From contig NIVC01000421.1 in assembly GCA_002269645.1 (NCBI GenBank), forward strand, positions 552,227 through 616,226: DNA of 64,000 nucleotides. The letters are read 5' to 3'. The stretch's first letter is position 1; the number at the start of each line of letters is the position of its first letter. Both the position numbers and the translations under genes were made by a program. Shown here one piece after another: positions 24,401 to 36,969 of the stretch. Origin of the DNA: Macrostomum lignano (lineage: Eukaryota). The notes below the pieces were generated by a model. It was given only the letters and a program-made list of their open reading frames with translations, did no database searches and was not told where the DNA came from.

Positions 24401-25887
24401 ATAGGCCAACAGTTATCAAAGCGCTATGCAATCAGCAGCAGATGTACTATAATGATTATCGTTATAGTAATAAGGACAGACAGCCTAAGGACTTCTCCAA
24501 TGCGTAAGCTTCTTATTGTGATTGATGGGTTGGTGGGGCGGCTCTTTTTGAAGTTACCGCTGTTCGGGTGGTGGGTGGGGCGGCTCTATTTGAAGTTACC
24601 GCTGTTGGGGTGGTGGGTGGGGCGGCTCTATTTGAAGTTACCGCTGTTGGGTGGTGGGTGGGGCGGCTCTATTTGAAGTTACCGCTGTTGGGGTGGTGGG
24701 TGGGCCGGCTCTATTTGAAGTTACCGCTGTTGGGGTGGTGGGTGGGCCGGCTCTATTTGAAGTTACCGCTGTTGGGGTGGTAGGTGCAGCGGCTCTATTT
24801 GAAGTTACCGCTGTTGGGGTGGTAGGTGCAGCGGCTCTATTTGAAGTTACCGCTGTTGGGGTGGTGGGTGGGCCGGCTCTTTTTGAAGTTACCGCTGTTG
24901 GAGTGGTGGGTGGGCCGGCTCTTTTTGAAGTTACCGCTGTTGGGGTGGTAGGTGCAGCGGCTCTATTTGAAGTTACCGCTGTTGGGGTGGTGGGTGGGGC
25001 GGCTCTTTTTGAAGTTACCGCTGTTGGGGTGGTGGGTGGGGCGGCTCTTTTTGAAGTTACCGCTGTTGGGGTGGTGGGTGGGGCGGCTCTATTTGAAGTT
25101 ACCGCTGTTGGGGTGGTGGGTGGGCCGGCTCTTTTTGAAGTTAACGCTGTTGGGGTGGTGGGTGGACCGGCTCTATTTGAAGTTACCGCTATTGGGGTGG
25201 TGGGGCGGTGCCTCTCTTTAAAGTTACCGCTAATGGGGTGGTGGGGCGGTGCCTCTTTAAAGTTTTTAGATACTTATAGCACTCACCTTGAAGTAAGCGT
25301 TAATTATCTAGGGTTGTCTGTCTGTGAAGCTTTTAAAAAAATCAATACTGTTTTTCGTTTAAATTTCAGCCAATGCTTTTTCTGCATGCAGTTTGGCCAC
25401 ATTCAAGCCCACTGCAAATATCGGTGAGTCGCTCACAGCACTGCCCAATTAATATTTTATACCAAATATTAAAGTGTTTTAAATACATGTCTTGCACTGC
25501 AGCGAACTGGCTAGCGGAGTTCAGGGCCAATCCAGGCGCTTGCCTCTGCACCAGCAGCAGTCCTCCCACGCCTCCGTTAACCAGCCTGGCGAGGTCGACA
25601 ATCCAAAACCGACAGACAGAACCGACGGCGAAGGCGGTCCCGATGAGCCGGCTGCGGCCGCTGCAGCGACTCCTGAAGTCGAACACCACGCCGGCTTTGA
25701 CGGCAGCGACGGCGTCAGAAGGCGCAACAACAACAGCGGTCGCGCCGACGCCGACGCTGGCGAAACCGGCGCCGAAGTCAATGCCGACTCGTCGCGACGT
25801 CGTCAGCAGAGAAACGGCGGCGGCAAGTCGAAGTCGAGAAACAAGAAAGACGGCACTGGTTACAGAGGCACTGTGAGGCGCAAGTAG
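15403..25887 (+). CDS. Multi-exon B-box / coiled-coil / Tudor / CCHC zinc-knuckle protein (RNF17/Qin-like architecture)
   Basis: Inferred exons: 15403-15429, 15512-~15770, 15881-15953, 16059-16147, 16240-~16340, 16936-17307, 17840-18366, 21763-22066, 22841-22988, 24110-24503, 25370-25423, 25503-25887. B-box CFIC..CESC..CLHC..H..H; helical segment 16936-17307; Tudor-like PKIGDQVLARCEGFWRRGRV...VQLTDMARIEKV; knuckle CFFCMQFGHIQAHC. Junctions from 17307 onward are phase-consistent; two upstream junctions and the start codon are uncertain. Confidence 0.75.
16388..16885. repeat. Intronic 20-21-bp minisatellite
   Basis: Units tccttcattaggctacatcta / ccttcattaagctacccaat lying between inferred exons. 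Confidence 0.92.
17330..17725. repeat. Intronic 21-bp minisatellite
   Basis: Unit gggatctgattccccatagtt, starting just after the donor at 17308. Confidence 0.92.
18408..21655. repeat. Intronic 20-bp minisatellite with two variant classes and higher-order blocks
   Basis: Units agctcagatccttcaggttc and agctccaatgcttcatgttc. Identical ORF-track translations recur at offsets of 944 and 760 bp (18433/19377/20137; 18693/19637/20397). Confidence 0.95.
22090..22720. repeat. Intronic 24-bp minisatellite
   Basis: Unit tcgactcatttaccgacatattca. Confidence 0.92.
23375..24105. repeat. Intronic 27-bp minisatellite
   Basis: Unit gggaataaatcgccaataatcgccctt; the array ends at the inferred acceptor ccctccag (24109). 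Confidence 0.92.
24525..25260. repeat. Intronic 39-bp minisatellite
   Basis: Unit ggcggctctatttgaagttaccgctgttggggtggtgggtg-like with a 13-codon period. Confidence 0.92.
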
Positions 25888-26489
25888 GAAAAAAACCCCA
25901 TTTTTTCGCAATTTAACTTCTTTGCACCAGCCCTCCTTTTCACCCTGTCCATGCTCAAAATCGGTGCATTGCATTTTGCCCAGTTGTGAGGCTTTTTTTG
26001 TCTTTAGTATCCAGGTCGCATTGCATAGCTCATACTACTGCTGTAAGACTGTCTGTCCAACAGTAGTATCGGGCACAAATTTATCATCAAAAAGAAAAAT
26101 GCAGTTCTTTTTTCATAACAAGTTTTTCTAGAACTTTTTTCATTGAAAACTAAAACTAAAACTAAGGCTACCTTCAGAACTATAATAAAGCACGGTGCTT
26201 CTCCAATTTGTTTTTGTTTCAGGGCGATTTTCTTTCAAACTAAATAGTAAATCTTATAGTACGAAATTGATTGTTAGTGTAAGTGTTTTAATTGCGATTT
26301 AATAAAATCTTGCAGCTTTTCACGCTTTGGTTTTTTTGTTTCAATATAAATTTCCAAGGTCACAGCTCCCGTGTTCATTTGATTTTATTAAGCATAGAGA
26401 TTATGCAAAAAAGCAGCATGCACCCTCTTATGGCATCAAAGCCCCCCTTTAACTCTCCCTATGATCTGCCTTGGCTTGGCCTACCCACA

Positions 26490-27650
26490 ACTCCCAATTG
26501 AGCCTTGACATCTCAACAATTCCCCCGTGAGCCTTGGCATCTCAGCAATTCCCCCCTGTGAGCCTTGGCATCTCAGCAATTCCCCCATGAGCCTTGACAT
26601 CTCAACAATTCCCCCCCCCGTGAGCCTTGGCATCTCAGCAATTCCCCCCTGTGAGCCTTGGCATCTCAGCAATTCCCCCCTGTGAGCTTTGGCATCTCAA
26701 CAATTCCCCCGTGAGCCTTGGCATCTCAGCAATTCCCCCCTGTGAGCCTTGGCATCTCAGCAATCCCCCCATGAGCCTTGGCATCTCAGCAATTCCCCCC
26801 TGTGAGCTTTGTCATCTCAACAATTCCCCCGTGAGCTTTGGCATCTCAGCAATTCCCCCTGTGAGCCTTGACATCTCAACAATTCCCCGTGAGCTTTGGC
26901 ATCTCAGCAATTCCCCCCGTGAGCCTTGGCATCTCAGCAATTCCCCCGTGAGCCTTGGCACCTCAGCAATCCCCCCTGTTTGCCTTGGCATCTCAGCAAT
27001 TCCCCCCTGTGAGCCTTGGCATCTCAGCAATTCCCCCCTGTGAGCCTTGGCATCTCAGCAATTCCCCCCTGTGAGCCTTGACATCTCAACAATTCCCCCC
27101 TGTGTGCCTTGACATCTCAACAATTCCCCCGTGAGTTTTGGCATCTCAGCAATTCCCCCTGTGAGCCTTGACATCTCAACGATTCCCCCGTGAGCTTTGG
27201 CATCTCAGCAATTCCCCCCTGTGAGCCTTGACATCTCAACAATTCCCCGTGAGCTTTGGCATCTCAGCATTTCCCCCCGTGAGCTTTGGCATCTCAGCAA
27301 TTCCCCCCGTGAGCCTTGGCATTTCAGCAATTCTCCCGTGAGCCTTGGCATCTCAGCAATCCCCCCTGTGAGCCTTGGCATCTCAGCAATCCCCACTGTG
27401 AGCCTTGGCATCTCAGCAATTCCCCCGTGAGCTTTGGCATCTCAGCAATTCCCCCGTGAGCCTTGGCATCTCAGCAATCCCCCTGTGAGCCTTGACATCT
27501 CAGCAACTCCCCCGTGAGCTTTGGCATCTCAGCAATTCCCCCCGTGAGATTTTGCATCTCAGCAATTCCCCCGTGAGCCTTGACATCTCAGCAATTCCCC
27601 CGTGAGCTTTGGCATCTCAGCAATTCCCCCCGTGAGCCTTGGCATCGGGG
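26490..27650. repeat. Intergenic ~29-31-bp minisatellite
   Basis: Unit gtgagccttggcatctcagcaattccccc with a variable C-run. Confidence 0.92.
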
Positions 27651-28134
27651 AAAATAGGTTTGGCGCCCTCTCACAATAGTTTTGGCGCCCCTGCTGGCGC
27701 CTCCCACCGCAAGAAAAACTCAAATCTACATTTATGCTTGATTTAAACAATACCAAGCTTTCCAAACTGTGACACAGTCTGAGGTAAAGACTGAAAAGTC
27801 TTTTGGTTAAAGAGAAAAGGTGTACATGTACATGTAGGTATTCTCGCAAAAAATCTGTCTCGCAAGAAAGTTATAACAATCTGCATGACGACAAGTTTAT
27901 GAAACTGAATTCAAATTTCAGCTCTGAGGTTTTAGTCTGCATCAAATGGTATACATGTTGGTTTATTACTTAATCTTTAATTGTCACTGCTATTTTTTAA
28001 TTTCTTAAAATTTTGGAATCGACGGGTAAGAGATGTCTGAGATGCATTATTAACAGTGGGTAAATTGCATGGTGGCTTTCAGTTATGAAAAAACTCATTG
28101 ACTGCATTTACATGTAAGAATCATTATCAGCAGA

Positions 28135-28415
28135 ATACTGAATCACTGAGTCTGAGGCATTGGATCTGAATCACTGAATCCAAGGCACTGAGTCTGAGGC
28201 ATTGGATCTGAATCACTGAATCCAAGGCACTGAGTCTGAGGCATTGGATCTGAATCACTGAATCTGAGGCACTGAGTCTGAGGCATTGGATCTGAATCAC
28301 TGAATCCAAGGCACTGAGTCTGAGGCATTGGATCTAAATCACTGAATCTGAGGCATTGGATCTGAATCACTGAATCAAAGGCACTGAATCTGAGGAATTG
28401 AATCTGAGGCACTGA
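28135..28415. repeat. Composite short tandem repeat
   Basis: Repeated tgaatcactgaat / ctgaggcattggatc / ccaaggcactgagt modules. Confidence 0.85.
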
Positions 28416-29171
28416 ATCCGTTCACTACTTTTAACAAATACATAAACTGTATATTTTCTTTGGAGGAAATTTGATCGAGAACTGTATTGTATTCCCTCAC
28501 TTATTCTCCTGTAAGATAAGTCGTAGGTAAAGCATCAGGTAACCCTGTTTGTCTGTCCCCCGGCCATTGAGTAGGCAAGAAGCTTATGGCAACGGGACAC
28601 GTCCAGCTAATGTTGACGTGGAAACTATTTCATAGAGAATTGATTTATCAGGCTCAAGGCTTATATTTGAACGATCTAAATCTCCTTTCTCTCTCCCGCA
28701 CTGCTCTGTAATGCAGTTAGGGATTAGAATTTTTTGGGAGCTCTGTCTGTCGTAGCTGCTGCCTAATCTCTTTCCCTTGACCCTGATTCCCAGATCCCGT
28801 CATCGAGAGGGGGCGGCGGCGGGACGAGCGAGGAGAGGAGAGGAGAGAAGAGGACGCGAGAAAAATTCCATCTCAAATCCCCACGGTTCATTTCGACCGG
28901 TTTCTCTTAACCGATCCCCTAGCTCTCCTCCCCTCTCTCCCCTTCCCTCGCCGCCTTTCTAACCCGCGGTTTTCCACTGGATGCTCTCTGTTCCACACTG
29001 TACTTGTGTACGAACCCCGGCCCTCTGCAAGCTACGGTCTGTTCCCTCCCACTCCCGTCCGTCCACAACTCCCCCGGCCCATCTCCGACCAACTTCGAAG
29101 ATTTATTCGTATCATTCTCTTTCGAAAGCCAGAGACAGTTTCTGCCACTTAAGCAGCTTTCCAATCCAGCC

Positions 29172-30353
29172 ATGAGCTCAGCGTCCAGTGCGAAACGGAT
29201 GGTGCAGATACCCCCGGGCTTCAAGGACCTGCTGCAAGAGTTCGCTGTCGCTGTGCTCCGCGAAACTCCGCCGGATGTGGTCGACTTTGCCGTTGATTAC
29301 TTCACTAAACTGCGCGAGCATCGAGAAGAGGACAGAGGCGACGACAATGACAACGAGGACAAGAACTCCGCCGATGGCGAGGGCGACTCTGACGTCGACG
29401 ACGAACCAATTCAGGCGCCGCCGCCGCGTCGAGGAACCCGACGAGTAGCCGTGGCCGGCGAGAGTTTCGACCCGGAGAAGGAGGACGACGACCCGACGCC
29501 GGTGGCCAACCACCCGAAGACCGAGGAGCAGCGGCAGCGCCTGAACGAGGCCATGAAACACATCCTGCTGTTCCGCTGTCTGGACGAGGACCAGGTACGT
29601 GACGTCATCAACGCGATGTTCGAGCGGCGCTGCGAGCCTGGCGAGAAGGTCATCACGCAGGGCGAGGATGGCGACAATTTCTACGTGATCGAATCGGGAG
29701 TCTACGACATTTACGTCCTGATCAACGGCCAGGACACCAAGGTCGGCCAGTACGATAACAAAGGCTCGTTTGGCGAGCTTGCCCTGATGTACAACGCTCC
29801 GCGGGCTGCCACCATCCAGTGCGCCTCACCCGGCAGCATCTGGGCGATGGACCGCGACACCTTCCGTCGTCTGGTCCTGAAGAAGGCCTTCCAGAAGCGA
29901 GTGATGTACGAGAACCTCATCGACTGCGTGCCGCTGCTCAAGCAGCTGGCGCCCTACGAACGGATGAGCATCGCCGACGCGCTGAAATCGAAGATCTACG
30001 AGGACGGCGTGCAGATCATCAGGCAGGGCGACCCGGGCAACGAGATGTACTTCATCGAGGATGGCGAGGTGCGAATCACGCGGGACACCCAGGACGGCAG
30101 CGGGGAGAAGGAGCTGTCCAGACTGCACAAGGGCGGCTACTTCGGCGAGTTGGCCCTGCTGACAAAGCAGCCCCGAGCTGCCAACGTGTACGCCAGCGGC
30201 GGCAGGTGCAAAGTGGCCGTGCTGGATGTCGGGTCCTTCGAGCGCCTTCTCGGCCCCTGTCTGGACATCATGCGGCGTTCCATTGACAGCTACAAGCAGC
30301 AGCTGGAGGCCATCTTTGGCAGCGTTGATGCTGTGCCCGACCTGCGAGCTTGA
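29172..30353 (+). CDS. PRKAR2: cAMP-dependent protein kinase type II regulatory subunit, intronless
   Basis: RII-type docking domain [32 protein letters not shown]; inhibitor site RRVAV; two cNMP domains with phosphate-binding cassettes [15 protein letters not shown] and [15 protein letters not shown]. Start taken at ATG 29172 (alternative 29199); the ORF track extends further upstream. Confidence 0.95.
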   Translation: MSSASSAKRMVQIPPGFKDLLQEFAVAVLRETPPDVVDFAVDYFTKLREHREEDRGDDNDNEDKNSADGEGDSDVDDEPIQAPPPRRGTRRVAVAGESFDPEKEDDDPTPVANHPKTEEQRQRLNEAMKHILLFRCLDEDQVRDVINAMFERRCEPGEKVITQGEDGDNFYVIESGVYDIYVLINGQDTKVGQYDNKGSFGELALMYNAPRAATIQCASPGSIWAMDRDTFRRLVLKKAFQKRVMYENLIDCVPLLKQLAPYERMSIADALKSKIYEDGVQIIRQGDPGNEMYFIEDGEVRITRDTQDGSGEKELSRLHKGGYFGELALLTKQPRAANVYASGGRCKVAVLDVGSFERLLGPCLDIMRRSIDSYKQQLEAIFGSVDAVPDLRA

Positions 30354-30794
30354 GCCTCTGGAATCTTCATCAATTGTCCGTCGGTTTGAAGACTTCAAAC
30401 AATCGTGTGTTGTCCCTTCACGTTTATCAGTAGGTTTAAGAAGCCCCTCAATACGTTCATTTTAAATGTTGACATAACTTTACAGTTTTATAGTGCTTTG
30501 TCCTTCACCTGTTAGCTAACTGGTATAGTCTGCTGTCTGACCCTCTAGTAGAAACCAATATTTTAAACTGCTGAATAATAACTCTTTGTTGTATGATAAT
30601 TTTACAATCCTATTAGTCTTCATATTAGCCCATTTATTATAATTAACATATCGCAATAAACGTATTAAAAGTTTCACCAACCAAAACTGTTGCTTTGATA
30701 ATAACTTTTTATAACTGAAATATTGCTTCAAGAAAAGTTTGATTAGCTTTTAAATATTTTTCGTAAATAAATCTGTTGATTCAACGGAATCATT

Positions 30795-31065
30795 TAGATG
30801 GGTGAGAGTGAAATGGGAGAGAGTGAGATGGGTGAGAGTAAGATGGGAGAGAGTGAGATGGGAGAGAGTGAAATGGGAGAGTGAGATGAGAGAGAGTGAG
30901 ATGGGAGAGAGTGAGATGGGTGAGAGTGAGATGGGTGAGAGTGAGATGGGAGAGAGTGAGATGGGAGAGAGTGAGATGGGTGAGAGTGAGATGGGAGAGA
31001 GTGAGATGGGAGAGAGTGAGATGGGACAGAGTGAGATGGGAGAGAGTGAGATGGGTGAGAGTGAG
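30795..31065. repeat. 15-bp purine-rich repeat (gagagtgagatggga)n
   Basis: Directly visible periodicity. Confidence 0.9.
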
Positions 31066-31394
31066 CACAAAAACAGGCTGATGAGCCGAGCAGGGAATGC
31101 TGAAACTCAATTAGGAGTGCATTTTGTAAAAAAATTGCATTCCAAGCAGGCGGAACAGGAATGGCGCCAACGATAAGTGGCGGAGCCGGCAGCTGGGCAG
31201 AGTGTGGCACAGGCTTTCGCTGATAATGAAGTCGCCCTGTGCCGCCTTTGGTTTCTCCCTTCACTCACAACTGAGCACAGCCTGCAGCTGCTCGTCCCAA
31301 GGGATCATCTTTCTCTCGCTCGCTGGGAGAAAGTTTCCCTTGATGGAGGTAGTAGAGCTTCTCATTGGAAATGACTAGCCTTGTAGGACTGTGT

Positions 31395-31745
31395 TCGCCT
31401 CTCCCTCTCCCTCACACTCTCCCTCAACCTCACACTCTCCCTCGCCCTCTCCCTCACCCTCTCTCTCTACCTCTCCCTCACCCTCTCCCTCACCCTCTCC
31501 CTCACCCTCTCCCTCACCCTCTCCCTCACGCTCTCCCTCTCCCTCTCCCTCTCCCTCACACTCTCCCTCAACCCCCCTTCACTTTCTCCCTCACTCACCT
31601 CCCTGTCTCACCTCCCTCACTCTCTCACTCACCTCCCTCACTCTCACTTATCTCCCTCACTCTCTCACTCACCTCCCTCACTCTGTCACTCACCTCCCTC
31701 ACTCTCTCACTCACCTCCCTCACTCTCTCACTCACCCTCTCTACC
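31395..31745. repeat. Pyrimidine-rich low-complexity repeat (ctccctca/ctcactcac)
   Basis: Directly visible. Confidence 0.85.
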
Positions 31746-32019
31746 ACCCTCATCGATACCTCATTACCCACCAACCCCCTCTCCTTTTCTATCCAATCTG
31801 GCCTCGTCGTCACCAAGGAACAGGCGGGAGCAGAGTGCAGTTTGTATTGAGCAGATCAGAGTACGGGTGGGGCAGCGAACCCCTGTGCTCAGACAATAAT
31901 TTAACTGGGATATGCAAACAGGTAGCTGGGTGAACTTTAACTCCTTGCATATTTTTCATCACCCTGGGCTCAACAGCAACTGAGTTATGTGCGGTCAGTC
32001 TGTCTTTTAAGCAAATTCT

Positions 32020-32340
32020 CTCTTAGTCTCTTAGTCTCTCTGTTAATCTCCCTGTTAGTCTCCCTCTTAGTCTCCCTCTTAGTCTCCCTCTTAGTCTCCC
32101 TGTTAGTCTCCCTCTTAGTCTCCCTCTGAGTCTCCCTCTTAGTCTCCCTCTTAGTCTCCCTCTTAGTCTACCTCTTAGTCTCCTTCTAAGTCTCCCTCTT
32201 AGTCTCCCTCTTAGTCTCCCTCTTAGTCTCCCGCTTTATCTGACTCTTAGTCTCCCTCTTAGTTTCCCTCTTAGTCTCCCTCTTAGTCTCCCTCTTAGTC
32301 TCCCTCTTAGTCTCCCTCTTAGTCTCCCTCTCTCAGTCCC
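32020..32340. repeat. 12-bp repeat (ttagtctccctc)n
   Basis: Directly visible. Confidence 0.9.
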
Positions 32341-32749
32341 CCTCTACCAGTCTTCCTCTCAGTCTACCTTTCCTAATCTCCCTATCTCAGTCTAGCTTTT
32401 TTCCTTTCCAATCCCTCAGCCGATCTCCTTCAGTCTGTCAGGGAAAGACTTCTGAAGCAGGAACTATACTCAGGATGGGTGAGTATACACTGGCTGAGCG
32501 GGCCTCAATATGAGCCTCATATAGAATGGCTGAGTAGCGGCAGAGACTGCGAGCTCAGCCGCTTCTCTGCCAACCGTGCGGTAATAAAATTTGTCAGCAA
32601 AGAAAAGTTCCCAGCTATGCTGACTGACTCGCGGAGCCCAAATTAGCATGGGCGTTGGTTTGCGTCTTTTTACTATTTAGTGAGCTCAGTAGGTTTGCCT
32701 ATATGAGTGAGAGATAGGGATCTGGAACCCCATCTTCCTGCAGCTCCCT

Positions 32750-33514
<765 letters not shown>

Positions 33515-33737
33515 GCCCTGTTGTTATCTAAGGTAAGCGTTTGAAACGTATCAAATTTTGTAACATGCTTCGAAAAGCTACATGTGTGCACGCACTGATG
33601 ACGTACACTTGGTTCGTAGGCTTACGAGAGTTTCATAACAGATATACATGTTAACACGAACACATACATGCAAGGTCGTAAAACGGTGTGACATTGCTAG
33701 CTCTTAAAAACGTTTTTTTTTCTAACACAGCCTCCGG

Positions 33738-34421
33738 ATGTCGATTGATCTGCATAATTTGGTTTTGTTTCTGCTTCAAGTGGTTCAGCATGCAGGCAGG
33801 CAGGTGAGTGCACTCCAACACAGCTCAGAGCTACACCTGGTGCGAAGCCAACCGGCACTGCGCATCGATCGGTGGCGAGCTCATCAACTCGTACGAGTCG
33901 ATCAAGCAGCTCAAGAGCTGCAACATCCCCATAGCCATTACGCCATTAGTGATCGCAATCTCCGGATTGGCCTGAACTCTCTGGCTGACTTCCGAGGGAA
34001 CAGCCCAGCTGGCTGGCAGAGGGTCAATGGAAAAGGAGTTTTCCCGAGTGACAGCTCTTCCCGAGTGATTCCGATTCCGATTCCGATTCCGATTCCGAGA
34101 TCCCGAGTGATTCCTGTGCGAATTCGTTAATCCGCCAAGGCCGTTGGATTCGAACAAATGGACAAAGACCCCGATTGATCATACGATTTTTGCCCCTCGC
34201 GAAGTGATGTGACTGCAGACTACTGCTTTGATGACCTGCATGGTGTGCAGAGTGAAATGCACTGCATCAAGAAGGCCGCCACTAGTAGGTATCCAAGCAG
34301 CTGCAGACACGTGCTGTACAACCGCAAGCAGGAAATTTGCCGCCTGCTGCTGTTTGCTGACGCCCAGGTGGAAAAGGAGATCGCGACCAGTGCCGATTGG
34401 GTCAAATACCGCCTGGCCTAA
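33738..34421 (+). pseudogene. Degraded C-type lectin plus PAN/Apple-like gene
   Basis: Hydrophobic N-terminus MSIDLHNLVLFLLQVV. In a shifted frame, SYTWCEANRHCASIGGEL (CTL N-terminal motif); back in the first frame, LRIGLNSL...GWQRVNG. Then HCIKKAATSRYPSSCRHVLYNRKQEICRLL (PAN-like Cys spacing) to a stop at 34421. At least two frame breaks. Confidence 0.45.
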
Positions 34422-35165
34422 TCAAAGCTATCATCTTTGTTTTAATCGTCTAGTGAACACGATTTAAAATCGAGATCCATCGAATGATGAATTGAATGAA
34501 ATACTGAAACTTAATTAAATATTAAAACGAAGTTTTAGAGAGATCTGGATAAAACCTGGAAGGAGTTTTTTCTGCAGTAAAAAAATAAAAACATTCGTTT
34601 TTTGCTAACCGTACGGCCCAAAAAATTCCGCTTTTTGCCTTGTTAAGTGATATTTTTCCTCTTTAAATTAGTATAATTGGTATATATATATATATCCTCT
34701 TATCAGTTTTGGCTTTAAAACTTTTTAAACTTAGCACTTAGTAGTGTTTTGTTCAGCTAAAACGCTAACTTTATTCTTCAGTTTCATTCATACTTTATTT
34801 CTACTGTAAGCGACTGTTCTACTATTTTTACTATCCACAAATATTATATTATATCACATATTATATAGCTATAAGTCTTACTCTCAATGTAATTTGCAGC
34901 TGTAGTATCCACAAGCTGTATTACTTTTACATGCAGTGTAAAAGCATGACCTACGAGTAAAATATGCAACCGCGGTCGCGAATACTAAACCTGCACCTAG
35001 ATTGAAGCCATAATAGTCGTTTTAAGTAAGTATAAGCATTAATTTTGGTAATTGTTGATAATTTCATGGTATTATAGGAGCATAAATATACAGGTGTACT
35101 GTAGCTTATATATATATTTATAAATATGTGTACGTCATAAATAACTAGCTAGTTATAATTGCACA

Positions 35166-36050
35166 TTAGTGACCAAGCGAGAGCGAAAGCAAAGCGGAGC
35201 GCACAAAGCGAAGCGGTCTCCAAAACCCAAAGAAAGCCGTCAGGGATAAAGAAAAAGAGAGAAGACAGAAAAAAAATAGCGCGGCCACTCCATCAGCAAA
35301 GGAGATCGTAGCCTCAGCAGCCTGTTGAAACTGAGGCAGGTAGCGCTGCACGGCATCACTCCTCCAGTCTCCAATGCGCATGATGTCGGCCACTGGGAGA
35401 CCCGGCAAGGCAGCCCAGGTCGCCCCACCTCTGCGCAGGCTGTGTGCGGAGAAGGAACCCTTTCTGAAGCCAGCCGCAGAAAATTTCTCGCGGAGGAAGC
35501 AGTCCAGATGCGTCGCGGTTAGCAGGCGCTGGCCGCCCCTGTCGTCGTGGTACGACCAAAGCGGCGAATCTGCGGCACGAATGTGCAGCTCGACAGCTCT
35601 CACCGGGCACAGAGCGGGTCGATGTGACAGCCTCGGTAGGAGCACTCGGTGACTGCGCTCCTTGAACTGGATCGCCTTGCCGAACTCGCAGCGAACAACC
35701 AGACCTTTCGGATGCTTGAGCAGATCAGCGCGCCGTGTCAGTGCCGGGCCCTTTCCAGTTCGGGGGAGTAGGCTGTATTTTCGCAACATCCCCCACCGCA
35801 TCAGCATCGTGGGCGACACTGGCCCTTTCCGGCTAGCACGCAGTCCGAGGACCCGCTTGGCACCACGCAATAAGTGAACAGCGGCGGCATGCTTGGTCAG
35901 GTCTGGTGCGGAGTTTAAGCGGAACCAGACCGACAGAGAACTGGCGACCGCTGAGAGAGTCTGGTGCAGCTTGGCGGCCTGAAAATGAAGAAAGGAGGCG
36001 TGGCCGAGCCAAAAGCGTGCAGGTGCCGAGTTTGGAGTACATAAGGTACT
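35166..36050 (-). mobile_element. Tyrosine recombinase of a DIRS/Ngaro-type element, remnant without RT
   Basis: Catalytic box FSAHSLRRGGATWA...DIMRIGDWRSDAVQRYL; CPVRAVELH; N-terminal HLLRGAKRVLG. No RT/RNase H ORF is seen nearby. Confidence 0.8.
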
Positions 36051-36292
36051 CGTATATAATAGCCAGCGGAGGGGGGCGGGGCTAAGTACAGCCCGCCCCA
36101 AGCAGATGCACAAGGGCAGGGGGTGGCTGATCACTAAAGCTGGTTTGCACAAGTTGCGCGCACCTATGCAAACCATGATTGCAGTTTTTTAGTATTTTTT
36201 CTCAAACAAGCAGTCACTCGTTTAATAACAATATTAATTTTTTCAACCGTGCATCGAATGAACTGTACTGTATTGTACCCCTATATCGCTAA

Positions 36293-36514
36293 CAGGGGAG
36301 CACGAGAATTTCCCGCAGGAATTTTTCCCGCCGAGCTTTCCCCGCAGGAGCTTTCCCGCACGAGATTTTCCCGCAGCGAGAGTTTCCCGCAAGAAATTTC
36401 TCGTGATTGCCTGTTTACCTTAAGAAAGAAATTGTAAAAAGGAAAGCTATTAGCAGAGACGCGATTTTCTTTGATAAATTCGACACAGGCAGCCAGCCAG
36501 CCAGCCAGGCAGGC

Positions 36515-36575
<61 letters not shown>

Positions 36576-36579
36576 GCCG

Positions 36580-36655
<76 letters not shown>

Positions 36656-36659
36656 GCCG

Positions 36660-36703
<44 letters not shown>

Positions 36704-36707
36704 GCCG

Positions 36708-36767
<60 letters not shown>

Positions 36768-36791
36768 GCCGGACAGACAGACAGACAGCCG

Positions 36792-36843
<52 letters not shown>

Positions 36844-36969
36844 GGTAGGAAGGTAGGAGGGTAAACAGGCAATCACGAGAAATTTCTTGCGGGAAAATCT
36901 CGGCGGTAAAAGCTCGGCATGAAAATCTCGGCGGGGAAATTTCCTGCGGGAAATTCTCGTGCTCCCCTG
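36293..36969. mobile_element. Foldback-like hAT-type MITE containing a (GACA)n microsatellite
   Basis: 29-bp perfect TIR caggggagcacgagaatttcccgcaggaa. A second ~36-bp inner inverted repeat (ttcccgcaagaaatttctcgtgattgcctgtttacc). 8-bp flanks atcgctaa / ttggctaa match at 6/8. (GACA)n occupies ~36490-36845. Confidence 0.85.

Noticed and set aside
29178-30398. Antisense and alternate-frame ORFs over the PKA gene
   Set aside because: They are shadows of GC-rich coding sequence with no independent motifs. The same holds over the Helitron, RTE and FBXL exons.
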